Of a DNA stretch of 64,000 nt, positions 1 through 11,124 are shown piece after piece (position 1 is the first letter of the stretch; each line of letters begins with the position of its first letter). The notes beneath the pieces were generated by a model that was given only the letters and a program-made list of their open reading frames with translations, was not told where the DNA came from and made no database searches. The translations under genes and the position numbers were made by a program. Origin of the DNA: Squalus acanthias (Eukaryota); assembly GCA_030390025.1 (NCBI GenBank), contig CM059431.1:101620001-101684000 (forward strand). Reading direction: 5' to 3'.

Positions 1-335
1 TTCAACTTGCTCTGCACAATCTCAAATGTGCTTCTAACTGTCTCATTGGTTCCAACATGGACTGTGACTTTTGGGTGCTCTCTCTTCCCCCTCCCAAAAT
101 GTTTGTTCTGTGACATCCTTCACCCTGGTACCATGGTGACAACATACTGTTTGGGAGTCCTGGTCGTGACTGCAAAAAAGTCCACAAACTCTGTTCCCTC
201 GCCACAAATTCCATCCCTCTCCCTGTCCTCTGTCTCCAGCTGAACCATGATGTGGAGATGCCGGTGATGGACTGGGGTGGACAAATGTGAGAAGTCGCAC
301 AACACCAGGTTATAGTCCAACAGCTTTATTTGAAA

Positions 336-372
336 TCACAAGCTTTCGGAGCGCTGCTCCTTCGTCAGGTGA
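336..372 (-). ncRNA. Minimal type-I hammerhead ribozyme motif (Penelope-like)
   Basis: Reverse complement reads TCAC-CTGACGA-A-GGAGC agc GCTCC-GAAA-GCTT-GTGA. Confidence 0.7.
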
Positions 373-396
373 AGTGAAGAGATGCATCTCTCCACT

Positions 397-434
397 TCAC
401 CTGACGAAGGAGCAGCTGCTCCGAAAGCTTGTGA
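397..434 (+). ncRNA. Minimal type-I hammerhead ribozyme motif (Penelope-like)
   Basis: TCAC-CTGACGA-A-GGAGCA gc TGCTCC-GAAA-GCTT-GTGA. Confidence 0.7.
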
Positions 435-1334
435 TTTCAAATAAAGCTGTTGGACTATAACCTGGTGTTGTGCGACTTCTCACATTTGTCCAGCTGAACC
501 AGACAGTTTGCAACCTTGCCGTCCTATTTGACCCAGAGCTGAGCTTCCGACCCCATAGTCTTAATATCACAAAGACGACCAACTTCCATCCCCGTAACAT
601 GGCCCGTCTCCACCTCTCCCTCAGCCCACCAGCTGCTGAAACCCTCTTCACGCTTTTGCTACGTTCAGATTCAACTATTCCAACGCTCTCTCGGCCGGAC
701 TCCTGTTCTCCACCCTCCGTCAACTTGAGCTCATCCAAAACCCTGCTCCCCGTATCCTAGCTCGCACCAAGTCCCGTTCGCCCATCACCCCTGTGCTCGC
801 TGACCTACATTGGTTCCTGGTCCAACAATGCCTCTATGTTAAAATTCTCATCCTTGTCTTCAAATCCCTCCACGGCCTCGCCCCCTCCCTATCTCTGTAA
901 CCTCCTCCAGGCTTACAACACTCCGAGAACTTTGCGATCCGCCAACTCTGGCCGCTTGTACATACCCTACCTTTGGTGGCCGTGCCTTCAGCCGTCTGGT
1001 CCCTAAGCTCTGGAACTCCCTCACTTAAACCTCTCTTGTCTTTTAAGATCCTTCTTAAAACCTACCTCTTTGACCAAGCCTTTAGTTGCTCCTCCTAATA
1101 TCTCCTCCTTCAGCTCGATGTCAATTTTTGTCTGCTTACGCTCCTGTGAAGTGCCTTTCCGCTGATTTCTGATGATAAAGTCGCTATAGAAATGCAAGTT
1201 GTTGATCCCTTGACAGTAGAATCTCCCACTGCAACCACTCTCTTCTTCATCCAGTGTACCTGCCTCCCAACTCCTGGGGGACACTTTGGCTCCACAGCAC
1301 CACAATGTCGTGCAGGACCATAGCAACTCAGCAG

Positions 1335-1782
1335 TAGGGACAGGAGGAGGTCATTCAGCCCCTCGAGCCTGCTCCGCCATTCAATGAGATCACGGCTGAT
1401 CTGTATCTTAACTCCAGCTACCCGCCTGGGTTCCGTAACCCTTAATAGTCTTAACTAACAAAAATCTTATCAATCTCAATATTGAAATTTTTAATTGACC
1501 CCCAGCCTCGACAGCATTTTCAGCGAGAGAGTTCCAGATTTCCACTACCCTTTGTGTGAAGAAGTGCTTCCTGACATCACCCCTGAACGGCCTGGCTCTA
1601 ATTTTAAGGTGATGCCCCCTTGTTCTGTACTCCCCCCACCAGAGGAAATAGTTTCTCTCGATCTACCCTGTCAAGTTCTTTAATCATCTTAAACACCTCA
1701 ATTAGATCACCCCTTAATCTTCTACACCCATGGGAATACAAGCCTAGTCTATGCAACCTGTCCTCGTAATTTAACCCTTTCA
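1335..1782 (-). mobile_element. CR1 3' fragment
   Basis: YEDRLHRLGLYS..RRLRGDLIEVFK and CR1 3'UTR. Confidence 0.85.
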
Positions 1783-2021
1783 GACCACTCTTCTCTGAGT
1801 CACTGTCGACTTCAGTGTTGGCTGGCCTTAAGTATTGCACAGTTCCAGTAACTCGGGTGGGCTCTGCATGCGAGAGTCCTGCCTCCCTCTTTTACCCCGG
1901 CAGGTAGTCACTTGCAACTTGCTGTACCCTTTCCTGGGGGGGTTCTGAACTGTCTTAGCACCGTCTCTGGGGGCGATCGCATGCAAAACTAACGAGGGTT
2001 CTACCGAGTGTTACACACTGT

Positions 2022-2273
2022 TAGAGTCGCCAACTCTGGCTGGGCATATTCCTGGAGGTTTCAGCACATGTCCGCCCGTCCCCAACCACCCCGCCCGCTT
2101 AAACAGCCTTTACCCCCCCACCCCAATATTTTTATAACTAATAAAACAAAAGTGTTTAAAATCACAGGGGCAGGTTTTTTTAAAATCTGTGTTTACTTGC
2201 AGTAGTTTCCAGGAGATGAATCTTTCATTCTGAGACACTCCAGGGCAATCCTGGAAAGTTGGCAGGCAACCTG
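2022..2273 (+). mobile_element. Decayed copy of the same hAT-like MITE
   Basis: TAGAGTCGCCAACTCTGGCTGG...ATTCCTGGAG and CTCCAGGGCAATCCTGGAAAGTTGGCA match the ends of 40556-41758. Confidence 0.6.
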
Positions 2274-2379
2274 TGCAGTTCAGTCTGAACTCTTTAAAAG
2301 AAATTGCATTCAGCAATATTCCAGAAAGTTTAAAACCACCCTTTTTTTTTGAGCAGCTTGGGACAGAGTAAGGGTGGGT

Positions 2380-2900
2380 GAGGTTCAAAGTTTTTAGGGG
2401 GTTTAGAGTGGATTGGGAAAGGTTGTGCTGGGGGGCGGGGGGAGAGATGGAGTGAAGGGACAAGAGTTGTGCAGGAAATAAATCCTGCACTTCACGTTTA
2501 AGCAGCTTCTGTGACCGGTGCTTTAAAAGTGCTGTGCATGTTTGCAGGGTGTGTGCGAGAGGCAACAACACTCTTTCTTGCCTGCTCCAATGGCAGGGAT
2601 CTTGGGCAGGTCCTTTGTTCTGTAAGTTGCGCATTGCCTGGATGACGGGCGGAGCAACGGAGCTGGAAACTTTTCTCTCTCTCTCTCTCTCATACTCTCT
2701 CTGGGCGAGATGTAACCAAATTCTCCACTTCACCCGGCTGCTGGAGTACTGTGTCTCCCTTCCTGCCCGGACTTGGGTTGCGAGGCTGGTCACCTCGCAC
2801 TTTTTGAGTGAAACTTTTTTCCCTTCCCACTCTTTTTTTTGTAAAACTTTTTTTTTGCAAAAGCGGGCTCCGGACATTCCGCACTGGCTTTGCGGAGAAA
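2380..2900 (+). promoter_or_regulatory. Putative promoter/5'UTR of the DOCK9 alternative first exon
   Basis: Repeat-free segment directly upstream of the ATG, with a GGGGCGGGG GC-box (~2432) and a TATA-like CTTTAAAAG (2521). Inferred from position. Confidence 0.4.
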
Positions 2901-3038
2901 ATGCAAGGCAGAGTCAACCGACTTTTTAAGAAGGAATCTGTTGTTGACCCTCTTCACAAATGCAAAGGTGCACCGTGCGAACCTGAGCTGGATATGGGCG
3001 AAGTGCCACACAGCGAGCCTGCCAACAAGAGCCTGGAT
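2901..3038 (+). CDS. DOCK9: DOCK9-like, alternative first coding exon (MQGRVNRLFKKESVVDPLHKCK...NKSLD, 46 codons)
   Basis: ATG at 2901 (AAAATG context), open for 138 nt to a GT donor (GAT|gtaagt, 3039). Phase 0, in frame with the exon at 26648. Resembles my recollection of the mammalian DOCK9 alternative N-terminus (MQADK...VKKELVIESPLQYK). Confidence 0.75.
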
Positions 3039-4397
3039 GTAAGTTGAACAGAGCTTGCAAATTATTATTGTCCTTCCTTTTTTTTTGTAAAACCAGAAAC
3101 ACTTGTTTGGGAGCCTTTCCCAAAGATGGTTCTTGCATCTACTCGGCTTTGGCTGCTTACACCAGGAGCCCCCCCCCCAAAAAAAATTCGCCCAGCTAGC
3201 TTGTGAAGTCTTGGATCCCCACGGTGGGGACCTCTTGTGTCTCACCATCTGTTCCTGTGTGTGTGTGGGTGGGTGAGGGCAGAATAAAGTGCCCATCCAC
3301 CCAAATCTGTTGAAGTTGAAAACTTATTTCAACTGCTGCCCAGAGACCAGGTTCTCTAAACATTCCCGAACACATTGGAAAGTGCTGTCAGTCCGGGTGC
3401 CTGGTGTTGTAATCTTTGCTGGATCGGCGCAGGGTACGTTTGGTAGTTAGGAATAACTTATTTGGTGTGTGCGCTCGAAGATTGCAGTAAATCCTTTTTA
3501 AAATTCTGAGATTTGCAATATTGCCATTGCTTTTTCAGTCCCATTATTCTGGTAACTTGTTTTTATCTTCAATTGAAAGACCATAATTGTCCCTCACCGG
3601 TCTAGTATTACCTGTTGGAGTATCTGCAAACCGACAGTGCAGTTGCTTTGCCTTTTCAGTTGGTAGTGTGTACTGTTTAACCAGTTTAGTTCACTCTCCC
3701 TTTTTTAGTTTTGGGGAAAAAGACATCTCAAGAGCTGGAGTGGAGAAACTTAATAAGATATTTGCTTAATATTTCTTCCTCCTTCATGTATGGAAGCTTT
3801 GCATATTTGTGAGATGTGTGAGGGTGGAATATGAAAGCATTTCTTCTGTTGTGTGTGTAGGCTGTAATGTATTAAGAATGTCATCAGGAATGATACTTGT
3901 ATTAAGGCTGGTAAAGAGAAGGGAAATATTTCACCTTGTTGGAAAATGATTAAAAGCTGAGGCTTTTTGTTGTTTTTATTTATCACTGCTGTTTTTGAAG
4001 TCACTGAATCTTCTTGAAGAATTAGCATTTTGACTTCCCTGGTGTTGGTTAAACCTTTGTTTAACATTGGCCTGGGGGGGGGGATTCTCAATCTCGTGGA
4101 ACACCCATGTTATCTTGGAATTGTTTGTCTGCCACTTCGATGGTTGCCCAAAAGCCAACCCCTAGTTTAAAAACTGTTGACCTAAATTCCAGTCCTCTGC
4201 AACATTGCATTTGTTTGCAGGCAGTTGGGAATACTCTTCCTGTGAACGTTCTGACAACTGCGCAAGCTTAAGAGGGCCGTGAAACCGGGATTGTGATGAT
4301 ACAAGTTTGGGAGAAAATTACTTCCAGATTTAGTTCTCAAAATGAAGCTATTTCTACTTCTCAGTAGAGTCGAGGCTTTAAATTGTTATTCTTAACC

Positions 4398-4733
4398 TCT
4401 TTCGGATGAGACGTTAAATCGAGGCCCCCGTCTGCTCACTCAATTGGACGTAAAAGATCCCATGGCCACTATTTAGAAGAGCAGGGGAAGTTCTACCCCA
4501 GGTGTCCTGGGCCAATAATTTATCCCTCAAGCAACATCACTTTAAAAAAAAAAACCCCAGATGATCTGATCATTAAGACATTGCTCTTTGTGGGAGCTTA
4601 CTGTGCGCAAATTGGCTGCCGCGTTTCCTACGTTACAACAGTGACCACACTTCAAAAAAGTACTTCATTGGCTGTAGAGCGCTTTGGGACGTCCTGAGGT
4701 TGTGAAAGGTGCTGTAGAAATGCAAGTCTTATT
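4398..4733 (+). mobile_element. 5'-truncated DeuSINE
   Basis: TTTCGGATGAGACGTTAAA...AAATGCAAGTCTT. Confidence 0.85.
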
Positions 4734-5204
4734 TTACTGGAATTTTATGCCCGATAGGATCATAACCTTCCCAACATGTTCACCTTTTTCTTAATGACCT
4801 GTTCAAAAACAAGTTCCTGAATTCAGCAGAAGGGATTAACAATGTGGTTTTAGATTCCATGCATTTCTTTTGTGTGCCAAAGTATAAATTGCGAGTGAGT
4901 GAAAAGCTAGCTTTCAGTACAAACTTGCCGTCAATGAAAAAGCTTTTGTTTTCGTGGCAATCAAAGCAAAAGGTTTTTGTGACATTTTTTCAAGGAGCTT
5001 GTTATTCAGTTGACATGAATCACTAAGCTGGTTATTGGTATACAATTAAATTCTGATCTATCCAGTGTTGCAATTGAACAGGTGAGAATTAGGCAGGGTT
5101 TTGTTAGTGATTTTGTTAACTGTTGTGATATAATCGGGTTGTTGCACTTGCTGTGTGCAGACACCTACCTTAACCAGTGTTTTTGTAACTGTTAACTGTG
5201 CTTG

Positions 5205-6030
5205 CTGCCCTTCACTGGCTCCCGGTCCGACCTTGCCTCAGTTTTAAAATCCTCATCCTTGTTTTCAAATCCCTCCATGGCCTTGCCCCTCCTTATCTTT
5301 GTAACCACCTCCAGCTCTACAATCCTCTGAGATCTCTGCGCTCCTCCAGTTCTGGCCTCTTGAGCATTCCCCGCTCTTAATCGCCCCACCATTCCATCAA
5401 CATTCACTCCCTCCACCACCGGCGTACCCTGGCTGCAGTGTGTACCATCTACAAGGTGCACTGCAGCAACTCGCCAAGGCTTCTTCGGCAGCACCTCCCA
5501 AACCCGCGACCTCTTCCACCTAGAAGGACAAGGGCAGCAGGCGCATGGGAACACCACCTCCACCTCCAAGTCACACACCACCCTGACTTGGAAATATATC
5601 AGCCGATCCTTCATCATCGCTGGGTCAAAATCCTGGAACTCCCTCCCTAACAGCACTGTGGGAGCACCTTCACCACACGGACTGCAGCGGTTCAAGAAGG
5701 TGGCTCACCACCACCTTCTCAAGGGGCAATTAGGGATGGGCAATAAATGCCGGCCTTGCCAGCGACGCCCACATCCCATAAACGAATAAAAAAAACATTG
5801 GCGGCCATGCCTTCAGCTGCCTGGGCCCTAAGCTCTGGAATTCCCTCCCTAAACCTCTCTACCTCTCTCTCCTCCTTTAAGACGCACCTTAAAACCTCCC
5901 TCTTTGACCAAGCTTTTGGTCATTTGTCCTGATATCTCCTTCTGTGACTCGGTGTCAAAGATGTTTTTATTGTTATCGCTCTTGTGACGTTTTGCTACGT
6001 TAAATGCGCTCTATAAATGTAAGTTGTTGG
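5205..6030 (+). mobile_element. L2 3' fragment with a nested poly(A)-tailed LINE 3' end (~5394-5796)
   Basis: The L2 is interrupted at CACCATT|...AAAAAAAA|CATTGGCGGCC. Confidence 0.85.
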
Positions 6031-6774
6031 TTAGATTTTAATGACTGACACCCCCCCCCCCCCACCCCCCCCCCCCGCCAAACCTGATTTCATTCAGTTA
6101 CATTCTGTAGAAGAGGTGTATTGCATTGATTGAGTAATATTTTTACGTTCAGTACTAGGTCGGGCGTGAGTGCGGTCGATTTGTTTCGAACCTGTCTTTG
6201 TTGTTGCCACACTGGTAACTTGGGTTAGACTGTTGCTGGGATAACAAGTGTCCTGTTATTGTAATGAAACACTGCCTATTATGGGGCTTGTGCCTTCAAT
6301 TACCGTACGCTGATCTTTAACCAGGGTTTGGAGACTGGGCATAATAGACATGGTTTGTGCGCCGCCTAAAATGATTAATTCCACTAAGACTGGAGTATTA
6401 ATGCAGCAAAGACTTCTCGAACCAGCTGTGTTTCTTTAAGTTTTCATTTCCGGCATTATATTGCTGAAACAAGCACTAATAATACCTAACAAATCTGCTG
6501 AAGTGTCAGAGGTCTCTCTCTCTCTCTCTGGTGATAGTAATCCTAAACTTAAACACCTAAAATTTTAATTAAAAGTAAATATTTTGACAACATTTTAATT
6601 TTGCTCACCACCTTCTCCTCCTCCCTTCCCTGTTCTATTTATTCTTCAACTTACATTTTACTTTTTCCGTTCTATCTTAATTTTTTAAAATTTCTGTACC
6701 TTTTAGTTTCCTGAATAAAATGTGAACTCACAAACCTTTTATTCACCTTCTCCAAGCCCCCACTGTCCAGTTAG

Positions 6775-7112
6775 AAAGAAAGGAAGACTTGCATTTCTAC
6801 AGCGCCTTTCACGACCAAAGCGTTTTACAGCTAATGAAGTACTTTCTGAAGTGGAGTCACTGTTGTAATGTAAGAAACACGGCAGCCAATTTGCACACAG
6901 CAAGATCCCACAAACAGCAATGTGAAAATGACCAGATAAACTGTTTGTGATGTTGATTGAGGAATAAATATTGGCCCCAGGACACCGGCGATAACTCCCC
7001 CGCTCTTCTTCGAAATAGTGCCGTGGGATCTTTTACGTCCACCCGAGAGAGCAGACGGGGCCTCGGTTTAACCTCTCATCCGAAAGACGGTGCCTCAGAC
7101 AGTGCAACACTG
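6775..7112 (-). mobile_element. 5'-truncated DeuSINE
   Basis: Reverse-strand body and tail. Confidence 0.85.
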
Positions 7113-7299
7113 TATTTAAAATAGCGCAGTGACTACACGGTGTCTTTTTTGCTAACTATTTGTATTAAGATAGGTTAGGACAGGCGTGCAAGGTACGCAA
7201 GAACAGAAGCAGGTTAGCGGTCAGGAGGCAGAAAGTCATCTCCTTCTGGAGCAAGTTGCTGGCTCATGTCGCGAGTGTAGATTAGCTGCAGGCGTTTAA

Positions 7300-7755
7300 A
7301 ATGGAGCTTGGCACTTGGAGTACGGCGCACAGTTCTGGTCTCCATTTTTGAAAAAGGAAATCGGGGCACTGGTGAAGGTGCAAAAGAGATTTACAAGGAT
7401 GATACCAGAACGGAGGGGTTCTAACCATCAGGAAAGATTGAACAGGCTAGGGCTCTTTTCATGAGGGAAAAAAAAGAGAAGGCTGAGGAGGTGACCTGAT
7501 CAAGGTCTTGAAAATTCTGAAGGGGTTCGATAGGATAGACAGAGAGAAAATGTTTCCACTTGTGGGAGAGACCAAAACCGGGGGACCATAAATATAAGAT
7601 AGTTACTAATAAATCCAATAGGGAATTCAGGAGAAACTTCTTTACCCAGAGCGTGGTGAGAATGTGGAACTCGCTACCACAGGGAGTGGTTGAGACGAGT
7701 AGCAGAGATGCATTTAAGGGGAAGCTAGATAAACACACGAGGGAGAAAGGAATAC
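7300..7755 (+). mobile_element. CR1 3' fragment
   Basis: RRNFFTQSVVRMWNSLP. Confidence 0.82.
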
Positions 7756-7869
7756 TTCATCTGACCCTATCAGCATAACCTTCTATTCCTTTCTCCCTCA
7801 TGTATTTATCTAAAATATTATGTGCTTTTCGTAACTTGTTTTTTTTTTCTAATAGTTGCTTCCAACTCA

Positions 7870-8157
7870 GTGTCTGCCGTGGCTCAGTGGGCAGCACCCT
7901 GGCCTCTGAGTCAGAAGGTTGTGGGTTACAGTCCCGCTCCAGGGACTTGAGCACAAAGAAAATCTAGGCTGACACTCCCAGTGCAGTACTGAGGGAGTGC
8001 TGCACTGTCGGAGGTGCCGTCTTTCGGATGAGAGGTTAAACCGAGGCCCCGTCTGCCCTCTCAGGTGGACGTAAAACTCCAGTTCAAAAGTACTTCATTG
8101 GCTGTTAAGCGCTTTGAGACGTCTGGTGGTCGTGAAAGGCGCTATATCAATGCAAGT
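7870..8157 (+). mobile_element. tRNA-derived DeuSINE (SacSINE1-like), internally deleted, single 33-bp unit
   Basis: A box TGGCTCAGTGG, degenerate B box, Deu-domain start GGTGCCGTCTTTCGGATGAG, L2-like tail. Confidence 0.85.
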
Positions 8158-9183
8158 ACTTTTTGAAGTGCAGCCTCTGTTGTAATGTGGGAAACGCGGC
8201 AGCCAAATTGCGCACAGCAAGCTCCCACAAACAGCAATGTGATAATGATCAGATAATCTGTTTTGGTGAAGTTGGTTGAGGGATAAATATTGGCCAGGAC
8301 ACCGGGGAGAACTCACCTGCTCTTCTTCAAAATAGTGCCCTGGGATTCTTTACGTCCACCTGAGAGAGCAGACAAGGCTTTGGTTTAAAGTCTCATCCGA
8401 AAGACGGCACCTCTGACAGTGCAGCACTCCTCAGTACTGCCCCTCCGACAGTGCTGCGCTCCCTCAATACTGCCCCTCCGACAGTGCAGTGCTCCCTCAC
8501 TACTGCCCCTCCGACAGTGCAGCACTCCCTCACTACTGCCCCTCCGACAGTGCAGTGCTCCCTCAGCTACTGCCCCTCCGACAGTGCAGCTGCTCCCTCA
8601 GTACTGCCCCTCCGACAGTGCAGTGCTCCCTCACTACTGCCCCTCCGACAGTGCAGCACTCCCTCAGTACCGCCCCTCCGACAGTGCAGCGCTCCCTCAG
8701 TACCGCCCCTCCGACAGTGCAGCACTCGCCCTCAGTGCAGCGCTCCTCGGCCCCTCCGACAGTGCAGCGCTCCCTCAGTACCGCCCCTCCGACAGTGCAG
8801 CGCTCCCTCAGTACTGCCCCTCCGACAGTGCGGCGCTCCCTCAGTACTGCCCCTCCGACAGTGCGGCGCTCCCTCAGTACTGCCCCTCCGACAGTGCAGG
8901 CGCTCCCTCAGTACTGCCCCTCCGACAGTGCGGCGCTCCCTCAGTACTGCCCCTCCGACAGTGCGGCGCTCCCTCAGTACTGCCCCTCCGACAGTGCGGC
9001 GCTCCCTCAGTACTGCCCCTCCGACAGTGCGGCGCTCCCTCAGTACTGCCCCTCCGACAGTGCGGTGCTCCCTCAGTACTGCCCCTCCGACAGTGCGGCG
9101 CTCCCTCAGTACTGCACTGGGAGTGTCAGCCGAGATCTTGTGCTCAAGTCTCTGGAGTGGGAGTGGAACTTGCAACCTTCTGG
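8155..9183 (-). mobile_element. DeuSINE with internal 33-bp minisatellite (~8410-9113, ~21 units)
   Basis: SINE body and head flank tandem CCCCTCCGACAGTGCGGCGCTCCCTCAGTACTG units. Confidence 0.92.
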
Positions 9184-10139
9184 CAGGGAATAACCATTGA
9201 TTTCTTCAACAGCAAGATATTCTGTATGGTTTCAGTCTTGTGCAGATATACAAATATAGATTGCAGCAATTTGCATAATTTATATTGTGTCTCATAATAT
9301 GACCCAGCTTATGGGATCTTCACTGAACGACTCTGCTTGCACTGTGCAAGGTTATTTCTGCTGGAAGATTTTGACCATGGTGAGTTTATAGTACAGTAGC
9401 AGTTGCATAAAGGGCATCAGTCTTCTAGAATGTGAATTTTTAGCTCTAACTTGCCTTTTTGGACTTTGTACTATTTGCTCTCCATTATCCTGCTCCAAGC
9501 ATTCAGATGAATGAATTCACTACAGAGATCTTATTTATTTTGCTTGCATGGATTTCTGGCCGGGTGCTTGTACACTGAATAGTGCATGGTGCAGATCGCT
9601 GTATTTAGGTTGTACCACGTACAGTCAGTCATTTTATAGCTCTTGACTTCTCGCACCGAGTCTTCGGCAGCTGTCGACATTCCATCAGCGCTGGTGCTTT
9701 CTGGGCCAGATGGCCATGTAATGCAAATTATTTTTTTTTTGTCTTTGTGTGTATGTTTCTTGCGTTTCCATATTTACCACATCAGCATCTCTACCGCCTC
9801 CCCACCACCCCCCGCCCCACACCCCAATCTTGGGTCTAGTTGTCAGTGCAAAATTGTGTGCTTTTCTGGTTGTTGGCTGTCTTGTGATTTTTTTTTTCAA
9901 ACAGGGGAAGCTTTTTTTTCCATTTTACTTTTGATTTGCGGGAAAATTATTGACACCACTGTTGCTTTTGTGTCGCTACATCAGTGAATTGCTCCCAACC
10001 CAAATCCTGCATTAATTGATTTTTCATTCTTTGTACCACATACTGCAAAATGGTAATTGGGCAACTTTTGCCGATACTGCATTGTAGCAAGCTTGCCCTT
10101 GTGGTATCTTGCCCTCTGTTTTTTGTTCTGTTTACGTAT

Positions 10140-10700
10140 CTCCCTATCTCTGTAACCTCCTCCAGCCCTACAACCCTCCGAGATCTCTGTAACCTCCTCC
10201 AGCCCCTACAACCCTCCGAGATCTCTGTAACCTCCTCCAGCCCCACAACCCTCCGAGATCTCTGTAACCTCCTCCAGCCCTACAACCCTCCGAGATCTCT
10301 GTAACCTCCTCCAGCCCTACAACCCTCCGAGATCTCTGTAACCTCCTCCAGCCCTACAACCCTCCGAGATCTCTGTAACCTCCTCCAGCCCCACAACCCT
10401 CCGAGATCTCTGTAACCTCCTCCAATTCTGGCCTCTTGCGCCTCCCCGATATTCATCGCTCCACCATTGGCGGCCGTGCCTTCAGCTGTCTGGGCCCTAA
10501 GCTCTGGAATTCCCTCCCTAAACCTCTCCGCCTCTCTCTCCACCTTTTAAGATGTTCCTTAAAACCGACCTCTTTGAATAAGCTTCTGGTCACCGGTCCT
10601 GATATCTCCTTGCGTGGCTCAGTGTCAAATTTTGTCTGATGACGCTCCTTGTGACGCGCCCTGGGACGGTACAGACGCTATATAAACGCAAGTTGTTGCC
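10140..10700 (+). mobile_element. L2 3' fragment whose 5' end is a 37-bp tandem repeat (7 units, 10147-~10420)
   Basis: TCTCTGTAACCTCCTCCAGCCCTACAACCCTCCGAGA repeated, then normal L2 3' sequence. Confidence 0.9.
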
Positions 10701-11124
10701 CTTCATCCTAATCAGGGAGTCGACAGCCCATCTCTACATTGAGGATCTGGCTAAGCTTGGAAGCTCATTAGCTCACTACTACACCAACAACAGCTTGTAT
10801 TTATATAGCGCCTTTAACGTAGTAAAACGTCTCGAGGCGCTTCACAGGAGTATTATAAGACAAAAAATGTTGACCCCGAGCCACATCAGGAGATATTCGG
10901 GCAGGTGACCAAAAGCTTGGTCAAAGAGGTAGGTTTTGAGGAGAGTCTTAAAGGAGGAAAAAGAGGTGGAGAGGTTTAAGGAGGGAATTCCAGAGCTTAG
11001 GGCCCAGGCAGCTGAAGGCACTCCATGAAAAATAAGGTTGCATTTCATTAAGTCACTTACATTAGATTTCTTCATCCATCTGGAAGTTTTGTAGCTCAGC
11101 TCTTTCCCCCTCTATAATTGAAAC

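Larger units (their letters stand above)
248..492. mobile_element. Penelope-like inverted-terminus (fold-back) insertion in an L2 fragment
   Basis: Near-perfect palindrome 278-492. Duplicated flank TCCAGCTGAACCA at 235-247 and 489-501. Same family as 29298-29503. Confidence 0.8.
150..1205 (+). mobile_element. L2 LINE 3' fragment (contains the Penelope-like insertion)
   Basis: Decayed ORF2 C-terminus (ITPVL..LHW, KIL..VFKSLHGLAP, LWNSLP) and AAATGCAAGTTGTTG tail. Confidence 0.85.

Noticed and set aside
2110..2877. 255-aa minus-strand ORF
   Set aside because: No recognisable domain. It runs antisense through the DOCK9 leader and a decayed MITE.
8419..9297. Repeat-protein ORFs (TAPPTVRRSLS, PSDSAALPQYC) here and at 34k, 39k, 44k and 58k
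   Set aside because: Translations of the 33-bp SINE minisatellite, not genes.
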